Virus record (IMG/VR): IMGVR_UViG_3300042371_000472
Span: 28,483-92,482 of that record
Source: a virus
DNA length: 64,000 nucleotides
Strand: one strand, 5' to 3'
Shown: positions 10,475 to 19,364 of the stretch, piece by piece
How the letters are laid out: every line of letters begins with the position of its first letter
Position numbering within the stretch: the stretch's first letter is position 1
Position numbers and translations under genes: made by a program
The notes under the pieces: generated by a model
What the model was told of the DNA's origin: nothing
Database searches by the model: none
What the model saw: only the letters and a program-made list of their open reading frames with translations

Positions 10475-11248
10475 ATGACAACAAATGTCCAAAGTTTTGA
10501 TGCTATCTCTACGGAGAGCGCACCAACCATGCCTAAGTCACCCAATACTGGTGTTGAACTTATCCGTGGAATTGAATTAGGAAGTGATTGGATTACAAAC
10601 GCAATCGTTCGGGAAATGACTGGTGAGGATGAAGAATTCCTTTCCAGTATGGAAGCCCGAACGACTTCTAACTATGGCGAGTATGTACTTGCATTGTTGA
10701 AGCGCGTTGTTGTTTCAATTGGTGATATCTCAGTTAAGCAAACCCCAGCAGTTCTCAATGAGTTAATTATTGGGGATCGGGACTTGTTGTTCTTAGCGGT
10801 TATCCGTGCCACATACGGTGAAACGCGAGAATTCAAAGTCTCGTGTCCACATTGCAACCAGTCAAACGATCTACTTATTGACCTGCATTCTGACTTCCCA
10901 ATTGAGGGAGATCAGGAATCAGCCCGCAAGCCCATCAAGGTTGTCCTCAGGGATGGCTCAACACTCGTGTTGAATCACCCTAACTCTGATGACAGTGCGC
11001 GGATTGGTCGCTCAGGTAAAAATACAGCCCAACAGAACACCATGATGATCGCCCGTTGCGCTCAGATTGATGTGCCCAATAAAGAACAATGGGCACGGAA
11101 TCTCAGTATCGCGGATCGTTCTACCATTATCAGTGCAGTATTCAGCGCCAAAGTTGGCCCGACTCCTCGGGAGGTGAATGCCCCGTGCGGACACTGTAGT
11201 GAGGAGATTACATTGATGTTTGACTGGGTCTCACTTTTATTCGGTTAA
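10475..11248 (+). CDS. Tail assembly chaperone (T4 gp26-like / GpE-like, Cys pairs)
   Basis: REMTGEDEE, GDRDLLFLAVIRATYG, CPHC...CGHC; between tube and tape measure. Confidence 0.75.
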   Translation: MTTNVQSFDAISTESAPTMPKSPNTGVELIRGIELGSDWITNAIVREMTGEDEEFLSSMEARTTSNYGEYVLALLKRVVVSIGDISVKQTPAVLNELIIGDRDLLFLAVIRATYGETREFKVSCPHCNQSNDLLIDLHSDFPIEGDQESARKPIKVVLRDGSTLVLNHPNSDDSARIGRSGKNTAQQNTMMIARCAQIDVPNKEQWARNLSIADRSTIISAVFSAKVGPTPREVNAPCGHCSEEITLMFDWVSLLFG

Positions 11249-11387
11249 TATTGATAATATATATTGGGAATACAACTCCATAGCCACTGTTTATAAAGGT
11301 TTTTCTTTAAATGAGATAAAGAACATGCCCGTCAGAGAACGGCTGTTCTGGGGAAAGTTAGCACGGTGGCAAAGTAACGGAGGGTAA
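11232..11387 (+). CDS. Second tail assembly chaperone segment (probable frameshift extension)
   Basis: +1 frame reads ...NIDNIYWEYNSIATVYKGFSLNEIKNMPVRERLFWGKLARWQSNGG*, matching the contractile-tail chaperone pattern (EI..MP..ER..W); its stop overlaps the TMP ATG (TAATG). Confidence 0.7.
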   Translation, partial: HFYSVNIDNIYWEYNSIATVYKGFSLNEIKNMPVRERLFWGKLARWQSNGG

Positions 11388-14104
11388 TGATGACAGAACC
11401 AAACATTTCAGGAAATAGCAGTGGTTCTGCGTCTATGCCTGTTATTTCGGGTGACCAAAAGGGTCTTGCAAAACTAACAAAGCAAGCAAATGCTTTAAAA
11501 AGTGCCCTTGATGGTGTTGCTAAATCATTAGACCTAATTACCGTTAAGGGTAACAAGGCTGTCGCGGCTCTAAAGGGTATTAATGGTAGTAGCAGTGGTG
11601 TTACTACTGGTGCTACCCCAGGATCACAGGGTCACCCCACTCTAGTTAATAGTTCTCCTGTACCTACTACTAGTAGCAACACGCGGTACGCACTCAGTCC
11701 AGACGCGAGTGGTAGCGGTAGTAGCCGTGGTATGTCTGCATTGCAGGTATTCCAACAAAATGCTTCTCCATTTGCTATGGGAGTAGTCGGGGCGGCTACC
11801 GCAGTTGGTAGTGTGGTTGGTGCTGGTGTTTCGGCTATGGACGCGCGTATTGCGCGAGGATACGAATACTCATCATCCGCTGACAAGATGTCAGTCCTGT
11901 ACCAGCAGATTACTGGTCTCAGTAATGCTGGTGTCCGTAGTGCTTATCGCCAGCCTTTAACTAATTACCGCCTTGGTCAAAATGGCATCAACGCCCTAAT
12001 GGGAATGCAGGCATCTACTGGTATTAGCGCCCTTGGTAACGCTTCTACTGTTGAGGGTCTGAACGCTCTATCGGGATACAGCCTTGGTGCTGAGGGTGTT
12101 ACCAGCATGCTCACTAGTTTGGGTAGCGCCCAAACCACTAACCGTATGTTCATGATGACTGGTCAAAGTCTATATATGCCTGGGGGTGGTCAGCGTAGTG
12201 GTACGGAAGTTATTCAAAACTTGGCGCGAGCATCGGGTTTAATGAACCTCAGAAATCCTGGTGGGGCATTACAACAAGGAAGTAACACTCGTGCCCGCTT
12301 GGCAGACATGGGTGTGGATACTGCTACACAGGACCTAGTTATCCAGTACGCCATGGCAAACCAAAAATATGGTGCCAAGGGCGGCAAGGGAATGTACGAC
12401 CCTTCCAGTAAATCCCAAAGACAATTTGTAGGTATTGAAGATAACTTTGCTACTCAAATTGAAGAAACTATGAAGGTTAAGACTAACCGTGAAGAAGACT
12501 TCTACGGTCGTCAACAGGATAATTTTGCCAAACTTGAAAAAGCAACCCAAAGCCTTGAAGAAATGTTTGGAAGACTTGAAGACAGACTCCAAGGAATTAT
12601 TGGTAAGGGTATTGAAACCAAACCTGGTCGTAAGATCGCTGGTGGTGCACTTAAGGCAGTAGGGCCAGCCGCTATGTTGGCTGGTGCCGCAATGTCTTCT
12701 ACTGGTGCTGGCGCCGCGTTTGGTGTACCACTAATGGCTCTTGGAGCGTTGGCAACTGCTTTTGGTTCATCCATAGATGGGGGTGACCCAGGTCCTGGGC
12801 GTAATCTACCCTCAATCGGTAAAACTGGTGACCCAAACACAGCAGGTGGTTCAGGGAAAATGCACCCTACGATGCAACAGCGCGTGGATCAACTTGTTGC
12901 CGCTTCAGGTGGCAAGGTGGGTATTGGTCAAGGTTACCGAAGTAAGGCTGAGCAAGAAACTATGTTCCGCTCGCGCTACCGTAAGACTTCTAGCCCTACC
13001 GATGCTAACGGTAAGAAGAATTGGGAATGGGATGGTTCTTACTGGGAGCATGTAAGTGGCGCTCAAGCCGCACCCCCTGGACGATCAATGCACGAAATTG
13101 GTCTTGCGGCTGACTTAACTGGTGATATGGCTTGGGTACAAGCAAACGCTGGTCGTTTTGGTTTGAAACATTTTGCGGGCATGGGAGAACCTTGGCATGT
13201 CCAGCCAGCAGAACTCCCTAATGGTCGTACTGAGTATGAAAAGCAGGGACGCCCTTGGGGTGGAGAACCAATGTCATCAGGAAGTGGGCCATCAGGGAAA
13301 ACGGAACACACTCGTGATTCATATACTGGTGGTAATACAACTACTGCGGGTATAACCACAGCATCCTTTGCAGGAATGAGTATGGCTGATGCTATCGCTT
13401 CCTTCCGAGCAAGTGGGTTCCTTGGTTCTACTGGATTAAGTGGTGGCTCAGGCAGTCCGAGACGACGAGGTGGTGGTGCTGGGTCTACACCTAACTCCAC
13501 TCCGACAAAAACAGGTGGTCAGTTATCTGGTGAAGATGTAGCGCGTTTTGCATATAACGCTGGATTCCGTGGTGAGAATTTAGTTAAGGCAGTCGCTATT
13601 GCTTACCGTGAAAGTAGGTGGAATGCAGGGTCATATAACCCTGATGCTTCTACTAAGGACCTTTCATATGGTCTTATGCAGATCAACATGCTGGGTGCCC
13701 TAGGTCCGGCGCGTCTTAAGCAATTTGGTCTTTCTAAAAATGAAGACCTTTATGATCCTGCGATAAATATGAAAGCCGCCTTTCAGATGTCTGGTGGTAA
13801 TAATTTCTATGCATGGGGTCCTTATAAGGGTAAGGACCCGTTATATAGCACTAACCCTGAAGCCGCCCGACAAGCGGTAACAAATGCGGGTTTTAGTACA
13901 GAGGGTGACCCTGACATCCGTTCCTCAGCGCGAGGTAGTGGTATGAGTGTTTCTACTTTAACAACTGGGGCAACTTTTAACATCTCACCAGTAATTAATG
14001 TTAATGGTGGTGGTAACCCGCAGGCTGACGCACAAGTAATTGCCCGTGAGGTAGTAACAATTATTGAGCGCGAAATGCGATTAAAGAATATGAGGAATGC
14101 ATAA
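11387..14104 (+). CDS. Tape measure protein with M15-type peptidase and lytic transglycosylase domains
   Basis: 905 aa, A/G-rich helical; GYRS..PPGRSMHEIGLAADL..EPWHVQ (M15 Zn peptidase); AIAYRESRWN..SYGLMQINM (SLT). Confidence 0.88.
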   Translation: MMTEPNISGNSSGSASMPVISGDQKGLAKLTKQANALKSALDGVAKSLDLITVKGNKAVAALKGINGSSSGVTTGATPGSQGHPTLVNSSPVPTTSSNTRYALSPDASGSGSSRGMSALQVFQQNASPFAMGVVGAATAVGSVVGAGVSAMDARIARGYEYSSSADKMSVLYQQITGLSNAGVRSAYRQPLTNYRLGQNGINALMGMQASTGISALGNASTVEGLNALSGYSLGAEGVTSMLTSLGSAQTTNRMFMMTGQSLYMPGGGQRSGTEVIQNLARASGLMNLRNPGGALQQGSNTRARLADMGVDTATQDLVIQYAMANQKYGAKGGKGMYDPSSKSQRQFVGIEDNFATQIEETMKVKTNREEDFYGRQQDNFAKLEKATQSLEEMFGRLEDRLQGIIGKGIETKPGRKIAGGALKAVGPAAMLAGAAMSSTGAGAAFGVPLMALGALATAFGSSIDGGDPGPGRNLPSIGKTGDPNTAGGSGKMHPTMQQRVDQLVAASGGKVGIGQGYRSKAEQETMFRSRYRKTSSPTDANGKKNWEWDGSYWEHVSGAQAAPPGRSMHEIGLAADLTGDMAWVQANAGRFGLKHFAGMGEPWHVQPAELPNGRTEYEKQGRPWGGEPMSSGSGPSGKTEHTRDSYTGGNTTTAGITTASFAGMSMADAIASFRASGFLGSTGLSGGSGSPRRRGGGAGSTPNSTPTKTGGQLSGEDVARFAYNAGFRGENLVKAVAIAYRESRWNAGSYNPDASTKDLSYGLMQINMLGALGPARLKQFGLSKNEDLYDPAINMKAAFQMSGGNNFYAWGPYKGKDPLYSTNPEAARQAVTNAGFSTEGDPDIRSSARGSGMSVSTLTTGATFNISPVINVNGGGNPQADAQVIAREVVTIIEREMRLKNMRNA

Positions 14105-15942
14105 TGGCAATTAACTCTTATACATCAAACCAGTGGTATAACTACCCAACTGGCGTGACTGGTCCAGGTAACCACAAGTCTTTAGCGCGCACTAATAAAG
14201 ACAATCCTGAGTTTATGTTCCCAGGAAACCCTCGTAAAAATCTTGGTATTGGAGGACAAGATACTAAAATTCAACGAGGTTTTATGCGTTGCCTATTGAC
14301 TGAGATTGACGGGGCACCAAAAGATTTACCTAACCGAAGGTTCTTCTTTCAATTTAACCCTGAGCGCATTATGCGTAGTGTTTCACTTTCTAGTGGTATG
14401 ACAAATGTATTATTTCAAGACCCAGGTCAGTTTTCTGTTGCAACTCCAGGTAACGCCACTTTCTCATTTGACATCATGCTTAACCGAGAGATGGAAGTTA
14501 ACAACCATACTAACTTCTCAGGTAAAAGAACAACTGATGTTCCCCCGCCCCTTAACCTTAATGACCTTAACAATATTGTAGGTAACGGAATTGGAACACC
14601 AACTGGGCAGGATGTCGGTCAGATTGGTGTACTCGCAGACCTGATGATTATGGACAGTATTATTGGTCAAGGTATTTCTGACGATATTATTTCTGCTTTA
14701 TCTAAATTGACTAGCCGCAGTAGCACATGGGATTCATCAGACTCATCGTCAGGGGCATCTGCTGGTACTGACCCTAACTTTATTTCAGAGACAGATGCAA
14801 GTAACGCTTTTAAAGCAATTCGTGGTAACAGCGCATTTCTAGTAAGCACACCAGTCCGCATTGTGTTCTCGTCAATGTTTATGGTTGATGGTTTTATCCA
14901 AGCATCATCTGTCAACTTTACAAAGTTCAATAACAGCATGGTGCCAACTATGTGCGTCATTAATGTTCAAGTTGAGGCAAAGTACATTGGATTTGCTAAA
15001 AAAGATACATATTTGACTCAATCATTAAATGAATTAAGACCCGCACCTACATCTGCTGACGCTGGGGCGGGTGCACCTAAAAATATAGTTGGCGACCCAG
15101 AGGAATACGCTTTATTATTAAAAGCAATATCAGATTCAAGTAATTATCAAATACATGTTGCTGGTATAAATGACAACTCTGCTGGATGGACTCCCGGTAA
15201 TGTGGATGGACCTGTTCCTGGTAATTACAGAATAATGGACTTACTCAGTTTTGATAATCTTTTACTAAGAATGGGTTTTGTAGATTCTGATGAAGATACA
15301 ACTAAAAAAGGTCTTGGAAAGTTATTCTATGATTCAAATTATAAATTAACTGTTAAACATACACCAAGAGTTCGTGTATGGAGATCATTTAGTGGTAATG
15401 AACAAGATGAAGAAAAAATTAATGGAAGAACGGCAACCTTTGGTGATAAAGGTCCAGGCACATTAGAAAAAAGTTTCCAGAATTGGCTGATTCGTGCTGT
15501 GGTACGGAATGTTCTACTTCTAGATGTAGAGGGAACTCCAGTAGTAATTAATGATTTGGCGGGATGGAAAAAGTACCGATCATACGGTGGTGGCAATTCA
15601 GATTTTGGTGATGTAAAAACTGTGGATAAAAACTATGACAATAAAGAAAATCGTGTATTTTCTAAAGCATCAGATAATGGTGTATCTAAATCTGTGGCTA
15701 AGTCACTGTTTTTTCAGGGTGTAAACGCGGATAACGCCGACGATATCGTATTACTTGTAGAGTATAGTTTAGATATAGAAGCAACAATACAAAGATCAGA
15801 CGGTAAAAACTCAACTGTATTTTTACCTTTTACTAAAAAAGTATTTCAAAAACGAAAATCTATGATTTATGCAGATATGAAAATGCAAATATATGGTAGC
15901 CAAACCACCACTACTGGTGGAGGGGGCGGGGGTAGTTTTTAA
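14104..15942 (+). CDS. Tail tube initiator / baseplate protein (CIS tube-like N-terminus)
   Basis: FFFQFNPERI motif directly after the TMP; AT-rich divergent C-terminal half. Confidence 0.6.
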   Translation: MAINSYTSNQWYNYPTGVTGPGNHKSLARTNKDNPEFMFPGNPRKNLGIGGQDTKIQRGFMRCLLTEIDGAPKDLPNRRFFFQFNPERIMRSVSLSSGMTNVLFQDPGQFSVATPGNATFSFDIMLNREMEVNNHTNFSGKRTTDVPPPLNLNDLNNIVGNGIGTPTGQDVGQIGVLADLMIMDSIIGQGISDDIISALSKLTSRSSTWDSSDSSSGASAGTDPNFISETDASNAFKAIRGNSAFLVSTPVRIVFSSMFMVDGFIQASSVNFTKFNNSMVPTMCVINVQVEAKYIGFAKKDTYLTQSLNELRPAPTSADAGAGAPKNIVGDPEEYALLLKAISDSSNYQIHVAGINDNSAGWTPGNVDGPVPGNYRIMDLLSFDNLLLRMGFVDSDEDTTKKGLGKLFYDSNYKLTVKHTPRVRVWRSFSGNEQDEEKINGRTATFGDKGPGTLEKSFQNWLIRAVVRNVLLLDVEGTPVVINDLAGWKKYRSYGGGNSDFGDVKTVDKNYDNKENRVFSKASDNGVSKSVAKSLFFQGVNADNADDIVLLVEYSLDIEATIQRSDGKNSTVFLPFTKKVFQKRKSMIYADMKMQIYGSQTTTTGGGGGGSF

Positions 15943-15944
15943 CT

Positions 15945-16205
15945 ATGGCATTCGTACAGTCAATTTCTCGTTACTTCACACAACCATCTCCCGATGGCAG
16001 TGGTTCATATGTGTCTACTCGTAAATATGGTGATGGATCAAAATATTATAGTTACACATCAGTAGAGGGTGATACTTTTGACCGCCTTGCATATCGTACT
16101 TTATTTGATCCAGAACGCTATTGGGAAATTGCAGACCTGAATCCACATGTTCCTTTTCCCGATGAAATACCCGTAGGCACCTTGGTTCGGATTCCAATTA
16201 AATGA
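15945..16205 (+). CDS. LysM / tail protein X-like baseplate protein
   Basis: EGDTFDRLAY....PERYWEIADLNP...GTLVRIP. Confidence 0.85.
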   Translation: MAFVQSISRYFTQPSPDGSGSYVSTRKYGDGSKYYSYTSVEGDTFDRLAYRTLFDPERYWEIADLNPHVPFPDEIPVGTLVRIPIK

Positions 16206-17365
16206 TCTTTACATCGCATAGCCGCATATCACCAAATATTAACTTTGTGATAGACAACGCCCCTATGCGATATATGTCTATTGTTCAAATGGAGTTGGGA
16301 CTTGCTGAAAACCAGCATGACATCCTGCGTGTCCGAGTGGCTGGTGTACCACCGCGATTACTTACAGAATACTTATCCAAACCCGTCCTTTGTTACTGGG
16401 GATTTGGCGTAGATAAACATGAGTTCTGTGGGTACATCGCATCAGTTGAACCTTCATTTAGAAACTCTGACGGTGTAATTAATGGGAGTACCTTCCAACT
16501 AGTTGAACTTGTGTGTATGGGTGCCTCATATAACATGCGCGCTAAGAAAACACGGCTGTGGGAAAACGCATCTATTCAAAGTGTTGCGATAACCCTGGCA
16601 GACGAATATAAGTTCAGCGTATCTACAGTCTCTGAGTCATTTGCATACCCGCGCATTGTTCAGTCAGAAGAATCTGACTGGGAGTTTTTAAACAAGGTCG
16701 CAGATATGTATGGTCTGTCTGTGTCAATGCATGGCACACACATACATGTATGGAACCCAATGAATTCATTGGGGCGCCAAATCTCATACCATCAACTCAA
16801 AAATGTTAAAGCGCGTAATGGTGACCCTAAAACTTACCCCGCAATGATTCTGTCAATGCAGGGAGTATTTGGTGACTCTATTGATCCACTAAGCAGTCAT
16901 ACGCTGTTGGCAACCGTGTTAGATAACCAGGGTAAAACTTATACATCAAATAACTTTAATGAAACTACTGGATTTGGTAAACCTATTGATATAAACATTA
17001 CTGACAGTATTAGTATTAACGCCACCTCTACTACTATGGCAGATACTATTGTTACGGCTAATAGCCGTGGCATTAACACCCTTACCGCAAAGTTATCCTT
17101 AACTGGTACTGCGGGAGTGCTACCGGGTGGGATTGTCAGTATTTCTAATTTTGAATCTAACTTTGAGGGATTTTGGTATGTCAAAGAGGTTACCCATACA
17201 GTTACTCGTGATGAGTTCTTTACACAAATGACTGTGTCGCGCAAAGATACAAACGATATCAATGCGTACATGACTATGCAGTCAACTATGCCTGAGGTAC
17301 CAGAGTCGTCGTTTGTGAATGGTATTTGGCGTTCATCTAGACAAATGGAGGATATCTATGTTTAA
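16202..17365 (+). CDS. Baseplate hub (gp27 / GpD / VgrG-N-like)
   Basis: Q.EESDWEFL..A..YG and FEGFWYV.EVTH motifs. Confidence 0.8.
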   Translation: MIFTSHSRISPNINFVIDNAPMRYMSIVQMELGLAENQHDILRVRVAGVPPRLLTEYLSKPVLCYWGFGVDKHEFCGYIASVEPSFRNSDGVINGSTFQLVELVCMGASYNMRAKKTRLWENASIQSVAITLADEYKFSVSTVSESFAYPRIVQSEESDWEFLNKVADMYGLSVSMHGTHIHVWNPMNSLGRQISYHQLKNVKARNGDPKTYPAMILSMQGVFGDSIDPLSSHTLLATVLDNQGKTYTSNNFNETTGFGKPIDINITDSISINATSTTMADTIVTANSRGINTLTAKLSLTGTAGVLPGGIVSISNFESNFEGFWYVKEVTHTVTRDEFFTQMTVSRKDTNDINAYMTMQSTMPEVPESSFVNGIWRSSRQMEDIYV

Positions 17366-17477
17366 AGTAATCCTTAAAGGAATTTTAATAACTCTTATTG
17401 GAGCATTTATTATGAGCAGTTATGTTTCATGGTGCGCCTACGGTTTGTACAAAAGTGTTCATGGTGATACCAAATGA
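17358..17477 (+). CDS. 39-aa hydrophobic peptide (MFKVILKGILITLIGAFIMSSYVSWCAYGLYKSVHGDTK)
   Basis: GGAGGA RBS; overlaps the hub 3' end and has an ATGA overlap with gp25; one predicted TM helix. Confidence 0.6.
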   Translation: MFKVILKGILITLIGAFIMSSYVSWCAYGLYKSVHGDTK

Positions 17478-17875
17478 AAGCAATATACTTACCATTTCAA
17501 TTTAAGAATGGTGGTATCGCCACGGTTGGTGACTTTGATGCCATTATTAAACAACAAATCTTAGATGTCTTGACAGTATCTAGGCAGGAGCGTGTTATGC
17601 GCCCTGATTATGGTGTTGGCGCATATGGCATGCTGTATGAATTAATTGATCCGCTTGTTTGGGAAGACTTTAAAGAAGTCGCTATGCGGGAAATCTCTGA
17701 CAATGTTCGTGGTGTGGCTATCCGAGATATTGTTATATCGGATAAGGACCAAAGCCAAATGTCAAATACACAGACATCCATATCTATATCTGTATTTTAT
17801 GAAATATTACCATCACAAAAATCCAGTGTTACACTGAGTGTGAGCGACTTCTTAAGTGAGGATAACTATGCCTAA
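17474..17875 (+). CDS. Baseplate wedge / sheath initiator (gp25 / GpW)
   Basis: ERVMRPDYG motif. Confidence 0.9.
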   Translation: MKAIYLPFQFKNGGIATVGDFDAIIKQQILDVLTVSRQERVMRPDYGVGAYGMLYELIDPLVWEDFKEVAMREISDNVRGVAIRDIVISDKDQSQMSNTQTSISISVFYEILPSQKSSVTLSVSDFLSEDNYA

Positions 17876-19364
17876 TTTTGACTACACATCACGAGACTAT
17901 AACGCTATTCGCTCGTCCCTTCAGGCACGAGCATCTAGTTCTACACCGGAATGGTCAGGGAGTGATCCCTCAGACTTTATGTCATCTTTGATTGACTTAT
18001 GGGCATACAACGCAGATATTCTTCATTATTATATTGACCGTGCTTCTACTGAAGCATTCTTATCAACTGCCACCCAGCGTGAAAGTGTTCTGGCAATGGC
18101 TAATCTTTATGGCTACACGCCTAACTACATGCGTTCCTCTACTGCTACTTTAACACTCACTAACAGCGGTGCCTCCGTATCTATTGCGGCAAACACTCCA
18201 TTTGTATCAACTGATGGTTTGTACTTTTTTAATGAAACAGCAACGACTATTCCTGCACTATCAACGGGAACCGTAGTGGTTCGTCAGGGAGTTAAATACT
18301 CAAATGAACCTGCTATTTCAGATGCTAATGCAACATTAACTAAGAGCAATGGTAATGCTAGTCAAAGATTTAATATCTATCGCCAAAGTGTAGATGCTGA
18401 GTCGGTCGTTGTGAATGTCGCTGAGGGTTCTTTTGGTGAAATTAAAACTTGGACACGAGTTAATGGCCTTACCTCATATGGCCCCGATGACTCGGTATTT
18501 GCAGTAGCGGTTACCTCATCGGGGGTAACTCAGGTTGTATTTGGTAATGGCATCAACGGACGCATTCCGCCAATCAACTCACCAATCACAGTTACCTATA
18601 TTCAATCCGCTGGTGCTGTCGGTAATGTTGCGGCTGGAACAATCACTACTATTGGTAACAGTCTGTACCCAACCATTACCTCAGTAACAAATGCTGTAGC
18701 GGCTGGTGGGGGCTTAGATTTTGAAAGTATTGACGCAATTAAACAAGCCATCCCTAGTACCGTTCGGACACGCAATGGTGCAGTGACACTCTCTGACTTT
18801 GCTGATATTGCTTTAACAATTCAGGGTGTTTCTAAGGCTGTTATCTCGTACCTCGGATCAGCCTCTACTGGTGCTTCCATCACAGCAACAGTGCTTGATA
18901 ATCAAACAGCGTACCTTACGGATGGTTCCGCCTCTGTGAGTGTCCCACAAACACTTCGTGACCGCGTTTCACGCGAGTTGTTGGAAAACGCAATGCTTGG
19001 AGTAACTCTTATTAATGTGCCATCTTCAGTTAGTTTTACTAAAATTTATGTATATTTAGATTTGTTTGTTACCTCTAACTACATTCAATCAGTTGTTAAA
19101 GCCGAAGTACAGAGCGCATTAGAATCGCTATTTGCTTTTGGGAGTGTATCTTTTGGAGACACGGTAACTGTGGGTGAGATTTACCGAACAGCCATGGCTA
19201 TTGCTGGTGTTGATTATGTGATTGTTAAAGGGTTTACTACCAGTACGGTAGGCACTCCTTCAACTACGATTGATAATAACGGAAAAATTACCGTAGCCTC
19301 TAATCAACTTCCAAAGTTGGGTATTGTTACTATTACACCTACTGGAGGAGTGGCGGCAGTCTAA
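17868..19364 (+). CDS. Baseplate J-like wedge protein
   Basis: DYTSRDY, EAFLSTA.QRESV, FGNG.NG..P, GG.D.ES, AVT.SDF motifs; start ATG 17868 chosen. Confidence 0.9.
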   Translation: MPNFDYTSRDYNAIRSSLQARASSSTPEWSGSDPSDFMSSLIDLWAYNADILHYYIDRASTEAFLSTATQRESVLAMANLYGYTPNYMRSSTATLTLTNSGASVSIAANTPFVSTDGLYFFNETATTIPALSTGTVVVRQGVKYSNEPAISDANATLTKSNGNASQRFNIYRQSVDAESVVVNVAEGSFGEIKTWTRVNGLTSYGPDDSVFAVAVTSSGVTQVVFGNGINGRIPPINSPITVTYIQSAGAVGNVAAGTITTIGNSLYPTITSVTNAVAAGGGLDFESIDAIKQAIPSTVRTRNGAVTLSDFADIALTIQGVSKAVISYLGSASTGASITATVLDNQTAYLTDGSASVSVPQTLRDRVSRELLENAMLGVTLINVPSSVSFTKIYVYLDLFVTSNYIQSVVKAEVQSALESLFAFGSVSFGDTVTVGEIYRTAMAIAGVDYVIVKGFTTSTVGTPSTTIDNNGKITVASNQLPKLGIVTITPTGGVAAV

